From NCBI GenBank assembly GCA_018398765.1, contig JAHBMJ010000109.1, positions 1 through 56,679 of the forward strand: DNA of 56,679 nucleotides. Direction: 5' to 3'. The stretch comes from Chromera velia (Eukaryota). Positions 1-14,313 of this stretch are shown here, one piece after another (the first letter of the stretch is position 1; each line of letters begins with the position of its first letter). The notes beneath the pieces were generated by a model, which did no database searches, had not been told where the DNA came from, and saw nothing but the letters and a program-made list of their open reading frames with translations. Position numbers and translations under genes: made by a program.

Positions 1-186
1 GGGGGGGGGGCGAAAGTGTAGCTGAGCGTCACTTTTGTCTGTGAACCAGCCAGCCGTTTTTTTGTTTTTTCTTAATTTCTCCCACCGATATCTGCTGCGA
101 ACCTATTCAGAGTTGAGTCAGACCCCCTTTCTTTGTCTGCTCAAATTCTGCAGGGCGACGCTTCCGAGACAGAAGGAGGGAGCGGC

Positions 187-3100
187 ATGGGAGAGGAAAG
201 TAACGAGCCGGGTGACATGATCGAAACGGGCATCAGAGGAGAAGGGGGGGACTCTAAGAGGCAAAGGATAGAGGAGACCGGCGACGGGGACGGGGACAGA
301 GATGGAAGGGGGGGGGGAGGCCGGGACTCCAAGAAGCAGAAGAGGGAGGAGACGGAAGAGGCGAGGGAAGACAATCGTGCAGATGAACAGGGCACAGGAG
401 CCTCAGGAGAAACAAAGAAGCAGAGAAGAGGCGAGAGGGAAGAGAGACTTGACAGGGAGCTGGCAGAGGAGACGGAAGAGAGAAATTCAGCAAGTCTGAG
501 AGTGCAGGCTGGAGGACCTGCAAAGCCTTCTGGTCCTCCTGATACGGCAACGTTTCTGTCTATTGTGAAGGAAGGGGGAGCTGAAGATGTGAAGAAACTT
601 CTAGGGGAAGGAGCGGATTTAAATGCGAGGACTAAAGTCAGTCAGGCAGCCATTCCCTTTCTGCTTACCTCAGCCTCTGCGCAGGTGTTTGCATTTACCC
701 ATCCCCCACACAAAATTTTCCTTTGAATCCCTTTGGAACTTCAGGTTGACAAGCGCTGTACCCCCACTTCTTTCTGATGTCTTGCCTCATCAAACTTTAC
801 TGCTTCTTCTCATCCCTTTTCTTCGTCTGCAGGAAGGATGGTCCGCTCTCCATATTGCGGCAGACCGAGAACAGCCGTCTCCAGAGATCGTGCAGATTCT
901 GGTGGAGGCGGGGGTAGACGTGAAAGCGGTGGACAAGGTGAGAGAATGGAAAGGCTTTTGAGCGCGCTGTTTTCCTTCATGACATCTATTTTCAGGTGAT
1001 CTTCTCGTGCTGCAGAGCAGTGCTCTGACGGCTGTGTGTGAAAAGAAAAAGAATTTTGAATGCATGCTCAGAACTGCAAGCTCTCCTCGATCCCCTCCCG
1101 TCTCTCCGTCGCGTGCAGGAGGGATGGTCTGCCGTTCATGTCGCTGCCACAAGGAAACAGCCGTCCCCTGAGACAATCAAAGCGCTGGTGGAGGGGGGGG
1201 TGGATATCAAGGCGGTGACTAAGGTGAGTGAACGCAGAAGTTTTCCTCATATTTCTTCGTTCATCTTTAGTGTCCCCCCGATGCCAGCGATTTTCTCCTG
1301 CAGGCTCTTTAGTTTCTTTTGGTCCTGAAGCTCTGCCTTCACTTTCCGCTTCGCTCATTTCCATTTGCTCCGCGGGAGTTGCATCTCACGAAAGTGACCA
1401 TTAGAGTGCATTAGAGGCTCTGAGTCAATTGCATGCATTGCAGGATGGGGCTAGCGCCCTACACCTCTCTGTCCTCTACGGACACCCTCGCACGGTGGCG
1501 ACGCTGTTGGAGGAGGAAGCGGACGTGACAGCTGTGAACAACGTCGGTCTTCGCTTGGTCGTTTGGTCTCTGTGATAGACTTTTATTCGTGCAAGTTTGC
1601 TGCTCGCTGCGTGAAATTCTGGACTCATTGCACGTGTATTCTTGTGTTGTCTGATTGATAGACGGATACGTAGGGTTTGGACTGTCGTCACAGCCAAAGA
1701 TGGAAAGCTTCTTATAAGCAGGGTGGGAGTGGTAATGCGAAAGGGTTCTCTTGCGGTTGTCGATCGGGTGTCCCTTGTTTTTCTGTTTTTGGGCATCACA
1801 AAAGACGGTGGTCGGTTCTCTCTGCCATTCTTTTTTATGCTTCTTCAGAACGGATGGCCCCCTCTTCACTGTGCGGCAAATCGAGAAGAGCCCTCCTTGG
1901 AGATCGTGAAGATTCTGGTGGAGGCGGCTGCAGACGTGAAGGCGGTAGACAAGGTGAGTGGATAGGCTCTTTAATTCTAAAGGTCTCGTTCGAGTCTTGC
2001 ACTCGATTGAGGCATATCCTGTTCTTCACTCCTCTCTTCTTCTGACTTTCGTGACTGCATGACTCAGAGTCACACATAGACTTTTTCACATACGCCAACC
2101 GGGATCTTCTTCCCCCCATCTCCCTGAGGCTTCCTTTGCTCTTTGGTGTATGCAGAACGGCAGGACGGCCCTTCACCTCGCGGCAGGACGGGACGATCAT
2201 CTTGAGGGTCTCATCAAGACGTTAGTGGAGGTGGGGGTGGACATCACGGTGGTTGATGAGGTGAGTGAGCGGAACTGCCTCCTCGTTCTCTGTCTCCCTG
2301 CACATAGCAGACGCATTATTTGGTTATCCAACTCTGAGGCATTTATGCTGCAATTTCTAGTTTCCGAATCGTTGGTTGATACGCATAAAGGGACCCTCAA
2401 CTCGCGTGAGGCTGGAACTGTGATCGAAGATTCGTTGCAGACAGGACGCACTGCTCTGCATTCGGCGGCTCTGCAAGGACACCCACAGACAGTGGCGGTG
2501 CTGTTGGAGGCGGGTGCGGATGCGAAGGCTGTCGATAAGGTGAGGATTTGCCTGCTCTCATGAAAGCCACCTTCAGGCTGCTCTCGGAAGTGTAAAGATA
2601 TTGAGGTTCGATTTCGTGGGTCCTAGCGTTGTCTGTTTCACAGATGCTCATGCAGTTTCTTCTCCTTTTATGTCCCCGTTGCCAAAGATGTGGAGCAGTT
2701 TGCGAGAGCATAAGGCATCAGCTGAGTGATGGGAGGGGTCCATTCTCCTTTTTTTGTTTTTATTGGAAAGACAGAAGACTTTGGATCGATCGGATGGCTA
2801 ATCGAAACAAAGGGTCCAACAATACCCCTGTCGGCCATTGGTTTAATTTGCAGGTCGAGTGGCCGGCTCTCCATCATGCTGTGCTTCGAGAACAGCCGTC
2901 TCCAGAAATCGTGAAGATGCTGGTGGAGGCGGGGGCAGACGTGAAGGCGGTGAACGAGGTGAGCGACCAGCGAGCGCTCCAATTTGTGTCCATGTCTTCT
3001 CATAATTCCTCCCAACTCCCGTCTCCCTCCCGTTTTTGGTATCTGTGCTAGATTGAGCTAGCGTCGAAGAGGTGCCACTCGGCTCTTTTCTTGTCTGGTC

Positions 3101-6100
3101 GTCAAAGCTTGACTCAGGACACATGTGCACCTCCTTGACGCTGCAACTGTGTGGAATCCTCGCAGCGCGGGGACAGCGTCCTTCACTCTGCCGCGCTGTA
3201 CGCACACCCTGTGGCAGTAATGGCGCTGTTGGAGGCTGGGGTCGACGTGAAAACAGCCAATGAAGTCAGTACGTTTCGATCTCAGACTGCTGCATTTCAG
3301 CTAGCCTGTGTCGGGAGATCCGGATCCCCGGTGATGAGTGGCTTGCTGTGTTGGTCTTTCCCCTCAGATCGAAGTAGCTTAGAGCGGCTCTTGTTGGGTG
3401 TCTGGTTTTGTCATTACCAAAGACGAGGAGGAAGAAACTGTTTGTGAGATCAGAAAACATCAGGGGCGGTAGGGAGGGAGCATTGCGGGCTCGACGGCGA
3501 TCTGATGTCTTTTCTTCCTTTTGGTTTCATCGAACAGGTGGTTGGAAAAAGGTGGTTTGATTGAAGCTAGCACAAGGATTGCCGGCTCTGTTTTCCATTT
3601 TTTTCTTTTTCTCTGCAGGACGGATGTCTAGCCCTTCATCGTGCGGCGATTCGAATACCGCCGTCCCCCGATATCGTGAGAATGCTTGTAGAGGCGGGTA
3701 CTGTTGTGGAGGCAAAGGACGAGGTGAGGGTTTGGAGACCATGTTCTCTTTGTCTTTTGCAAAAAGAGCGGGATTGTTCTTGTTTCTGTTTGGATCTTTC
3801 CGGTTTGAAATTCTCGACCATTTGAAAAAAGACGTGTGTGTCTCTTTCGGTGTTAATTCTGTAGTCCAACTAGCTAGCGAGCGCCAGATCGAGTCTGGAT
3901 TCGTTCGATCTCCTCTCAATTCCAGTCTGCCCGCTTTCCTTTCAAATCGTGAAGTGCCTCTGCATGTGCCTCGCCTGCAGGGAGCGGAAACTGCCCTGCA
4001 CAAGGCGGCCAGAACCGGACACCCTCAAACGGTAGAGGCGCTCTTGGAGATGCGTGCGGATGTGAATGCGGAAGACAATGTGAGTCTGCGTCCGCCAAAG
4101 GATGAATCTTCGACGTTTGTGCAGGGAAATTGCATTGCGTCCGTTGTGCTTGCGAATCCGTTTTGTGAACTTTATTCGTCTCTCACGTTTTTTTTTTCCC
4201 TCACGGTGCGGTCTTTTCGAGCTTCTTGTGCATCTGTGGAAGTTTAACGGTTGAGAGAAAGCCAGTCCTTTGTCAATGAGTGTCAAGTTCTGCATGAATG
4301 CGGATGACTTGTTCACAACATTGAGAAGACTGAGCCTTGCTGTCGAATTGTCCCTGTCACTTATGCAGGTAGGATGGCCGGCCCTTTTCTTTGCCGTGAG
4401 TCGAGAAGAGCCGTCTCCTGAGCTTGTGAGGATGCTGGTAGAGGCGGGGGCAGACGTGAAGGCGGTGGACGAGGTGAGTGAGTAGATGGACAGGGTGAAG
4501 GCGTTTCAAGTTCTGCTTAGAGTTGTTCTCAGTTTCTAACTTCCAGTTCTGCCTTTGCATGCTGAGAAGATGGGAAGTGGATAAGGTGAACAGATCGAGA
4601 ACTTCTTTACATCTTGTTTTGTCTCCTTTCTGTACAGGCATTCCCGTTTGTTGGTGGTGGTGGTGCTGTTGTCGTTGTTGTTGTGACGCTGCACAGGGAC
4701 AGGCTGAATCCTGAAAAGTCGAGGTCGACGGTTTTTCTTCCTTCTGCGTATGTGCAGGACGGGTACTCCGCACTTCATGTCGCTGCCAAACAAAAACTTC
4801 CATCCCCGGAGATCATCAAAATGCTCGTGGAGGCGGGAGTGGACACCAAGGCGGTGGATGAGGTGAGCGAAAAGAGAGTGGCTTCCTCTTTTGAGTCTGT
4901 CTATCCTTTTCATTCGGCTCTTTCAAGTAGACAGGAAGAGACTTGCCGTTGAAGCGAGCATCTCTGACTCTGTGGCCCTTTCTCGCATCCGCGTAGGAGA
5001 AAAGCGAACCGCTCAGCGAATGATTTCGCTCATGAATGCGCGGCTCTATTTCAGGATGGAGAAACGGCACTTCACTTCGCAGCTGGGTACGGTCACCCTC
5101 TGGCAGTGTCGGCGCTCTTGGAGGCGGGGGCGGATGTGAATGCTGTCGACGACGTAGGTCTTTGATGTTTTTTCCTGCATGGGCACGCTCGCACAGAAAC
5201 TGTATTTTTTCTCCTGTCGCTACATTCTTCTGAAGGCAATGTGGATTTTTTCTTTTTTGCAATCTGGTCTGTGGCGAAAATAGGGATTTTTGTTAGTGAC
5301 TCGAAACTGTCCGAGGAACGATGCGTGAAAAGACAGACCTGTTCCCTTCGTTCTTTTTGGAATGCGTGAATCAATTTGAGGATGGCCGCCGAAAAGGAGT
5401 TTCATGACTGTATTGGTTGTTGTTCCTTTTTTCTTTGCCCTTGCAGTCAGGATTTTCAGCTCTTCTATCGGCGGTAGACCGAGAACAGCCGTCTCCCGAG
5501 ATAATCAAGATGCTAGCAGAGGCGGGCGCAGACTTGAAGGCAGTGGACAAGGTGAGTGAGGAAAGCAAGGAAGGGGGTAATGCCCTTACAAGTGCCGTGT
5601 GTTCTTTGTCGCGAGAGACTGTCCCGTTCCGGCTCTGCTTACAATTGACGGGAACAACTGCCGTGTCTCATTGGAGAGCGGGGTTTTCTTTTCCCTCTCT
5701 TCCGTGCACGTGCAGGACGAATGGTCTGCCCTTCATTTCGCCGCCAGAAGAAAAAATCCGTCCATCGAGATTATCAGGGCGCTAGTGGAGGTGGGGGTGG
5801 ATATCGAAGCAGTGGACAAGGTGCGTGACACGAAAAGATTCTTTCTGTGGAGGACTGTCTCTTGTTTGTCTGTCTGCCCGTTTTTGTTCTTTTGGCTTTC
5901 ATTGAGTTCGGCCTCTCTCGTTGTGTGGAGGCTTCAGTGAGCATGTCAGAGAGTTATTTAGACACTGTGGTGCCGTGCATCTGCATCGACAGTATACAAA
6001 GCGTGCGTCCCGTCGTTCTTCGTGCGTATGTGGGGCTCAACTTCAGGATGGAAATACTGCCCTGCACTGCGCGGCTGCTGGCGGGCACCCCCGAATAGTG

Positions 6101-9100
6101 GCGGCGCTCTTGGAGGCGAGCGCTAATGTAAACGCTGTCCGCAAAGTGAGTTTGCTCCTGTTGCTCGTCTTGGGCCTTGGTGTGCTTTCACATCGAGGTC
6201 GCATTCCAGCTTTCTCCTTTTTGGGTAGGCATTCACTCCGGGTTGAGTTGCTTCGTACATTCTTTCACAAGAATGTCATACACAGGTCGAAGGGTTGTCA
6301 ATTACACACGAAAGAAAGTCTCGTGCTGGCGACGTACAAAAGTGCCTTCTTTCCGTTTTCCCATTCTTGACTGACTTTCAATAGTCTGGCTGCTGAATTG
6401 AGCTGCTCAATGGAGATTGAATGCATGAGATGACTTTGCTTTTGCTGCTCTTGCAGGACGGGTTGTTGGCTCTGTTCTTTGTGACGAATAGGAGAGAGTC
6501 CTCTCCCGAGATTGTAAGGCTGCTGAAGGAGGCGGGTGCAGATATGAAAGCAGTGGACAAGGTGAGTGAGTAGATGAGGGCTACTTTTAATGCGACTCGT
6601 TTTCTTCTCGACAGGTGTTCCCTTTCTTCTCTACAGGTCTTCCTGTTTGACTCAATCTCAGACTCAGTGCTGGCCAGTCAGAGCTACACACTGTAAAAGG
6701 ATGATGACCGCTTTGCCTTTTTGATTCTGTGCATGTGCAGAACGGGAGGTCCGCCCTCCACATGGCAATTCGAAGAAGCGAGCCGTCCCTTGAGACTATC
6801 AAGGCGCTCGTGGAGCCAGGGGTCGATGTAAAGGTGTTGGACAAGGTGAGTGATGAATCAGAGTTGATGAATACGCTTCTCCCTCCTGCAGTCAGTCAGA
6901 TGTATCTATCCTGTCTGGGAAGAAAGGCCAGCTTCTCATCGACATGCTGAATGAAGTCGGACCTATGGGGCCAATATTTGGGGGTGCGAAAGTGCTGACG
7001 TTCAATCAGTAAGGAAACTGCCTGACAGATCAAAGTCTTTGGAGGCGATGTAGATGAACACGCGGAGCAATTCACACACCTTCCTTGTGTATGGAAAATG
7101 ATTGTGCAGAGGAGGAAAACGGCAGCTGACTACGCCCCAGATCGTCCAGACATCGTTCAGTACCTTCGGAGAGCAGGGGAGATTCAGGACGCAGCAGAGC
7201 GATGGTCTCTCAGAGATGCCGCTGCCTGTTTCCGGGCTTGTCTCCTTCGGGCCCGCCGCCCCGCGTCTCTAGACCCTTCCCCCTCTTCTGTCCCTCGTCT
7301 CACTGAAACTGACGGTCTCTGGGGTCTTCCTGTTGAAGCGTGGGGTGAGATGGTCAGGATCCTCCGACTGATTGGCGTCAAAGAGGAAGAGCACATGTCG
7401 GGGGGTCCGCCCTTAGGAGCCGCCTCTCTTTCTCCCCCAGTCGCTGCCGCTGCTGCCGCCGCCGCCGCTTCTGTTTCCCCAGCGTCTCTCCGCGTGCGTA
7501 CCCTCTCCTCTCTTTTGAGTGAGGGGATGGCCGCAGTGCAGGGCCTGAAGGAGGCACTCAACCATGCGGACGCCTTCAGGGCTCTCCAGGGTTCACTCAG
7601 AGAGAGGGTGGAGGAGGGAAACAGTCGGTATCTCTCGCATCGTGACAGAGAGGTTGTGGCAGAGGCTCCTTGCCCCATAGCAGCAGAGGAGACGATCAAA
7701 AGAGACACAGCAAGACTGGAGCTCCAGGAGGCCCTCAGAGCATCCCTGCGTTTGGGGAATGCCGCCTCAGAGAGTCTGCGTGCCTTGGCAGAGAGGACAG
7801 GTGACAGCAGTCCCAGTGTTGATCGCGTTTCCGTTGAGGTGCTTGCAGAGCATCTTGAAAAGGCTTGTACAGAGATGAGCCGAGGGGATGCCCTTCCCCC
7901 ACCCCAGTCAGACTCCTTCGCAGACCTCTCCTTCGCGCAACTGTGCAAAGAGACACTCTGTCTGGCAGATGAGTGGGTGGAGGGACGGAAGGCTGCAGTG
8001 AGAGAATTGCGCTCAAGGGTAGAGTCAGCTAGGAAAAATTTTGCAGAGAGATTGTTTGGGGACGTTTCTTTGCTCCCCCCAGAAGAGAGAGTGTGCGCAG
8101 AGTTGGAGAGTGCAGAGAAGGCACAGACAGAAGTGCATCTGCAGATGCAGCGACTAGATGACGCACACTCATCGAGAGAGAACGGAAAGGGGGTGGTGAA
8201 ACAGATTGTAAGGATGTGTGTTGAGGTGTTGCGCCGTCTTCGAGAGGTGATTGGTCTGAGTGATCTGATTGAGACTGCAGAGAAGGAAGCAGGGCAGACA
8301 GCTCAAGGTGTGTGCCTGTATGAGGAAGGTGGGGGTTCCGAGAGTCCCCTCGCCCGTCCGCTTTCGTCTCTGTCAGGATTCTTGAGAGAGCACGAACAGC
8401 AGAAGAAGAACGAGAACAGACTAGAACTCAAAATCGCACTTGCACGAGTTGAAGAAGACGAAGAGGAGGCAAGAAAGTTGGAGATAGAATTAAGAGTGCT
8501 CAGAGAAAGCTCAAACGGAAGAGATCTACCTGCGTCAATAGCCCGAGAGCGAGCGCGTCTGTTGTCTCTCGCCTCTCTCCACTTCCCTGAGCTTTTGTGG
8601 GAAGGCGGCACCTTCCTTCCCCTTGTCCGTCTCGATGTCCAGCAGGTGGTCCGCACTGAGGCGCCCTCTATGTTAGAGAGGGGGCTATTGGTGCAAGGGC
8701 GCATCTGTAGCCGCGACTTCACCAACGAGACGCTGATATCCGAACCCTCTCCTCAGTCAGGCAGATTCGCACGGGTGACTGCGTGCTCAGATTTGCAGGG
8801 CGGTCAGTGGGTGTTGAAGAGGTATGAGATCGGGGGAGCGGGAGGAAGTCGGTACTTCCACCGACAGGCAGCGATGTTGCAAGATTTGCTTCACCCACAT
8901 CTCGTGCACGTGACTGCCGTGTGGCAGGAGGGAGCCTACGGCTTTCTGCAGATGCCTAGATACCCGGGGGGTGACCTCGCTGCCTGGATGGACGCCCGTC
9001 CGGCAGAGGGGGGGAGGGACTCCCGGGAGAGTCTGCGGTTGGCAGAGGACCTCCTGTCTGCCCTTGCCTTCCTCCACCAGAGAGGAAAAGTGCACTGCGA

Positions 9101-10232
9101 CGTGAAACCAAATAACATCTTTCTGACTGCTGCAGGTCGGGGAGTGTTGGGGGATTTGGACGGGGTGAAGGACGTCAATCCCGCAGCAGCAGCACCCGAC
9201 AGCGTCCTGCTTTTCCCCGTCGCTGCCACCACCTGTCTGCACACAACGTCTGGGTATGTGGCACCGGAGGTGAAAGGGGGGGGGCGGATGACCCCCGCCG
9301 GTGACGTATTTGCCGCAGGGGTTGTTCTTCAGGAGCTCTTAGGAGGGGGGGTGTTGGAAGGGGAGCCGGAGAGAGCAGAGGCGTTTCGGGAGATGCTCGG
9401 TCGAATGCGGTCAGACGATCCGTCTGCCCGTCCGTCAGCGTCAGAGGCTCTTCAGTCCCGTCTCTTCTCTCGCGAAATGGCAGAGACAGCGCAGTGCGTC
9501 GCGTGTTATGAAGTCCTCCTGTGCAGCCGCGGTGTGTCCTGCACCGCCCCCTCCCCTCACTTCCTTTGTGCCGAATGCCTCAACAGACACGTCGAGGCAC
9601 TCACCCGCATTGACCAGGAGTACAGCGACGTCAGAGCACGATTCAAGGCAGGAGACTGTCAAGTCACCTGCGTCCATATCGGATGCCCATCAGAGCCCTT
9701 CACCGCTCCCGTTCTGTCCCGTCATTTGAACAGAGAGACCCATGCGCTCCGGGAGGGGGCGCGTGTGGAGGCTTCAGAGGAGAGGGTCAGAAGGGAGATG
9801 GAGGAGGAGTACAGAGAGAAACTGCGGAAAGCGCTGATGGAAGACGGGGCGCAGAGGAGAGTGAGAGATATCACAGAGGACATCCTCACTCTCAAGTGCC
9901 CTCGCTGTCGTGCGGCATTTCTTGACTTTGCTAATTGTGCCGCGTTGACGTGCAGGAGCTGCAACTGCGGTTTTTGTGGTTATTGTTTGAAGAACTGCGG
10001 GTCGGACGCACACGATCACGTGCCCCGCTGTCCTGTTGCAAGAGAGGTGGGTGCGCGTCTGAACATGCAGTTTGGGATGTTCCCAGGGAGTGTGGAGGAC
10101 TGGGAGCGGTTTCAGAAAGAGCGTCAGACCGACAGGGTGAGGGAGGTATTGGGAAGCCTCAATGCAGAAGAGAGGAATAAAGTGACACAGCTGCTGCAGC
10201 CGCTGTTGCAAGAGAGGAGGATTCATCTTTGA
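187..10232 (+). CDS. Multi-exon ankyrin-repeat / coiled-coil / protein kinase / RBR-like (RING1+Rcat) E3 ligase protein, 20 exons
   Basis: Exons read by eye with AG/GT borders: 187-636, 833-937, 1119-1223, 1444-1542, 1849-1953, 2156-2260, 2441-2539, 2854-2958, 3166-3264, 3619-3723, 3981-4079, 4369-4473, 4758-4862, 5055-5153, 5447-5551, 5716-5820, 6047-6145, 6457-6561, 6741-6845, 7110-10232. Each internal exon is one ankyrin repeat (G.(T/S)ALH.AA...(GHP|PSPE)..V..L.EAGADV.A.D(K/E)). All introns are phase 0. The start ATG at 187 is tentative. Confidence 0.9.
833..6845 (+). repeat. Tandem array of 18 one-repeat-per-exon ankyrin cassettes (105 or 99 nt)
   Basis: Exon lengths in codons: 35,35,33,35,35,33,35,33,35,33,35,35,33,35,35,33,35,35. 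Recurrent exon end GTGGACAAG|GTGAG. Confidence 0.92.
8740..9475 (+). CDS. Ser/Thr protein kinase domain (atypical) within the terminal exon
   Basis: SGRFARV (reduced G-loop), WVLKRY (VAIK Lys), HPHLV, HCDVKPNNIFL (catalytic loop), GDLDG in place of DFG, TSGYVAPE, GDVFAAGVVL, DPSARPSA. Boundaries approximate. Confidence 0.88.
9492..10035 (+). CDS. RING1-like and Rcat/RING2-like zinc fingers (RBR-type E3 module)
   Basis: CVAC..C....HFLCAECL...C....C resembles RING1. After a helical linker, KCPRC....DFANCAALTCRSCNCGFCGYCL...DAHDH matches the Rcat pattern CPxC..GC.HM.C..C...FC..C. Confidence 0.8.
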
Positions 10233-11318
10233 TCAGGTGGAGCTCGCGAAGGGTCTGTAGCAATGGATGCACTGACACTAGGGCCGGGTGACTAGGCCTC
10301 TTTGGAAAGGCAGGGTGACCCACAGCAGGACTCGCATTCTTGTGCAATCAAAAGGTCTGGGAAAATGTTTTCAAAGTTGTACCCTCACTCGCATCTGTAC
10401 ACCTCTCAAGTTGCGTTCTTTTTTTTAATTGAATTTTTTGTATTGTTTCATCACAAAAACACTAAAAATGTTAGTACGTGCCAATCCTACAACTAGTCCT
10501 ACAATTAATTAAATATTAGAATTACAAGCTCATGATTGAAGCACAATTTATACGTTAAAAAACTTTACATTGTTACTTAAAACTTGTGTTGTATGATTAT
10601 TCTATGTAATCTAATACTACTCTAAAAAACATAAAAGGCATAGCGTACAGAAATTGCTAGAGAAATTCAATGGAGATTCTGTTAAAAAATTTACCAGTGT
10701 TGTCTGGCTTTTGATTGAGAAGAACATCATAGCTAGATGATCCAAGTAGTAGATCGAAGTGCTTTGTCTTTTAGCATTTTAATTACGCATAGTATATATA
10801 TTATAATATATATACGTCGCACACCCCTATATAGGTATACCTAGACGCATGATACCTTATTGATCTAACACCCAAACCCCGATTCGATCGAAATAGCCTG
10901 ATGCTAACATGTATAACGGAAAATAATGATGATAAAATATCAAGGTCATGAAAGCTAGCTATTGGATTAAAGTAGATTAAATTTGATTTACATTCCAGGT
11001 TTTTCCCGGGGGCCACTGCCGGGGGATGCTGGGAGGACCGGCTTGCATCATTTATATAGCTAGTTATATAGTTTTACTATTAGTAGTTTTACATAGACGG
11101 ACACCGCCCGGGATGCAGATTTCCCTAAAAATTTCCACATGATCGAGGAATACCGTATGGATTCTTTTCCCGCTAACCTACATTGCGTGAGATGCACCCA
11201 TTTACTATGCAAATACGAGTCTGTCCCCTGAGGCAGGCATGCGCTTGCGCCTTGCTCTGCATGGGCACGACTCGGCACGACGCTCTAGACGATAGACGAC
11301 ACTCAAGCACAAAGTCAC

Positions 11319-14313
<2,995 letters not shown>

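Noticed and set aside
4570..4592. Ankyrin-exon-end-like GTGGATAAGGTGA in an intron (possible decayed extra cassette)
   Set aside because: No upstream ankyrin consensus or clear acceptor; too short to support.
833..6845. Regularly spaced repeats resembling a CRISPR array
   Set aside because: The repeats are ~100-nt divergent coding exons with splice sites, the spacers are introns, and no cas genes are present.
7184..10226. Antisense ORFs overlapping the large exon
   Set aside because: GC-rich shadow ORFs with no motifs. The + strand carries clear domains.
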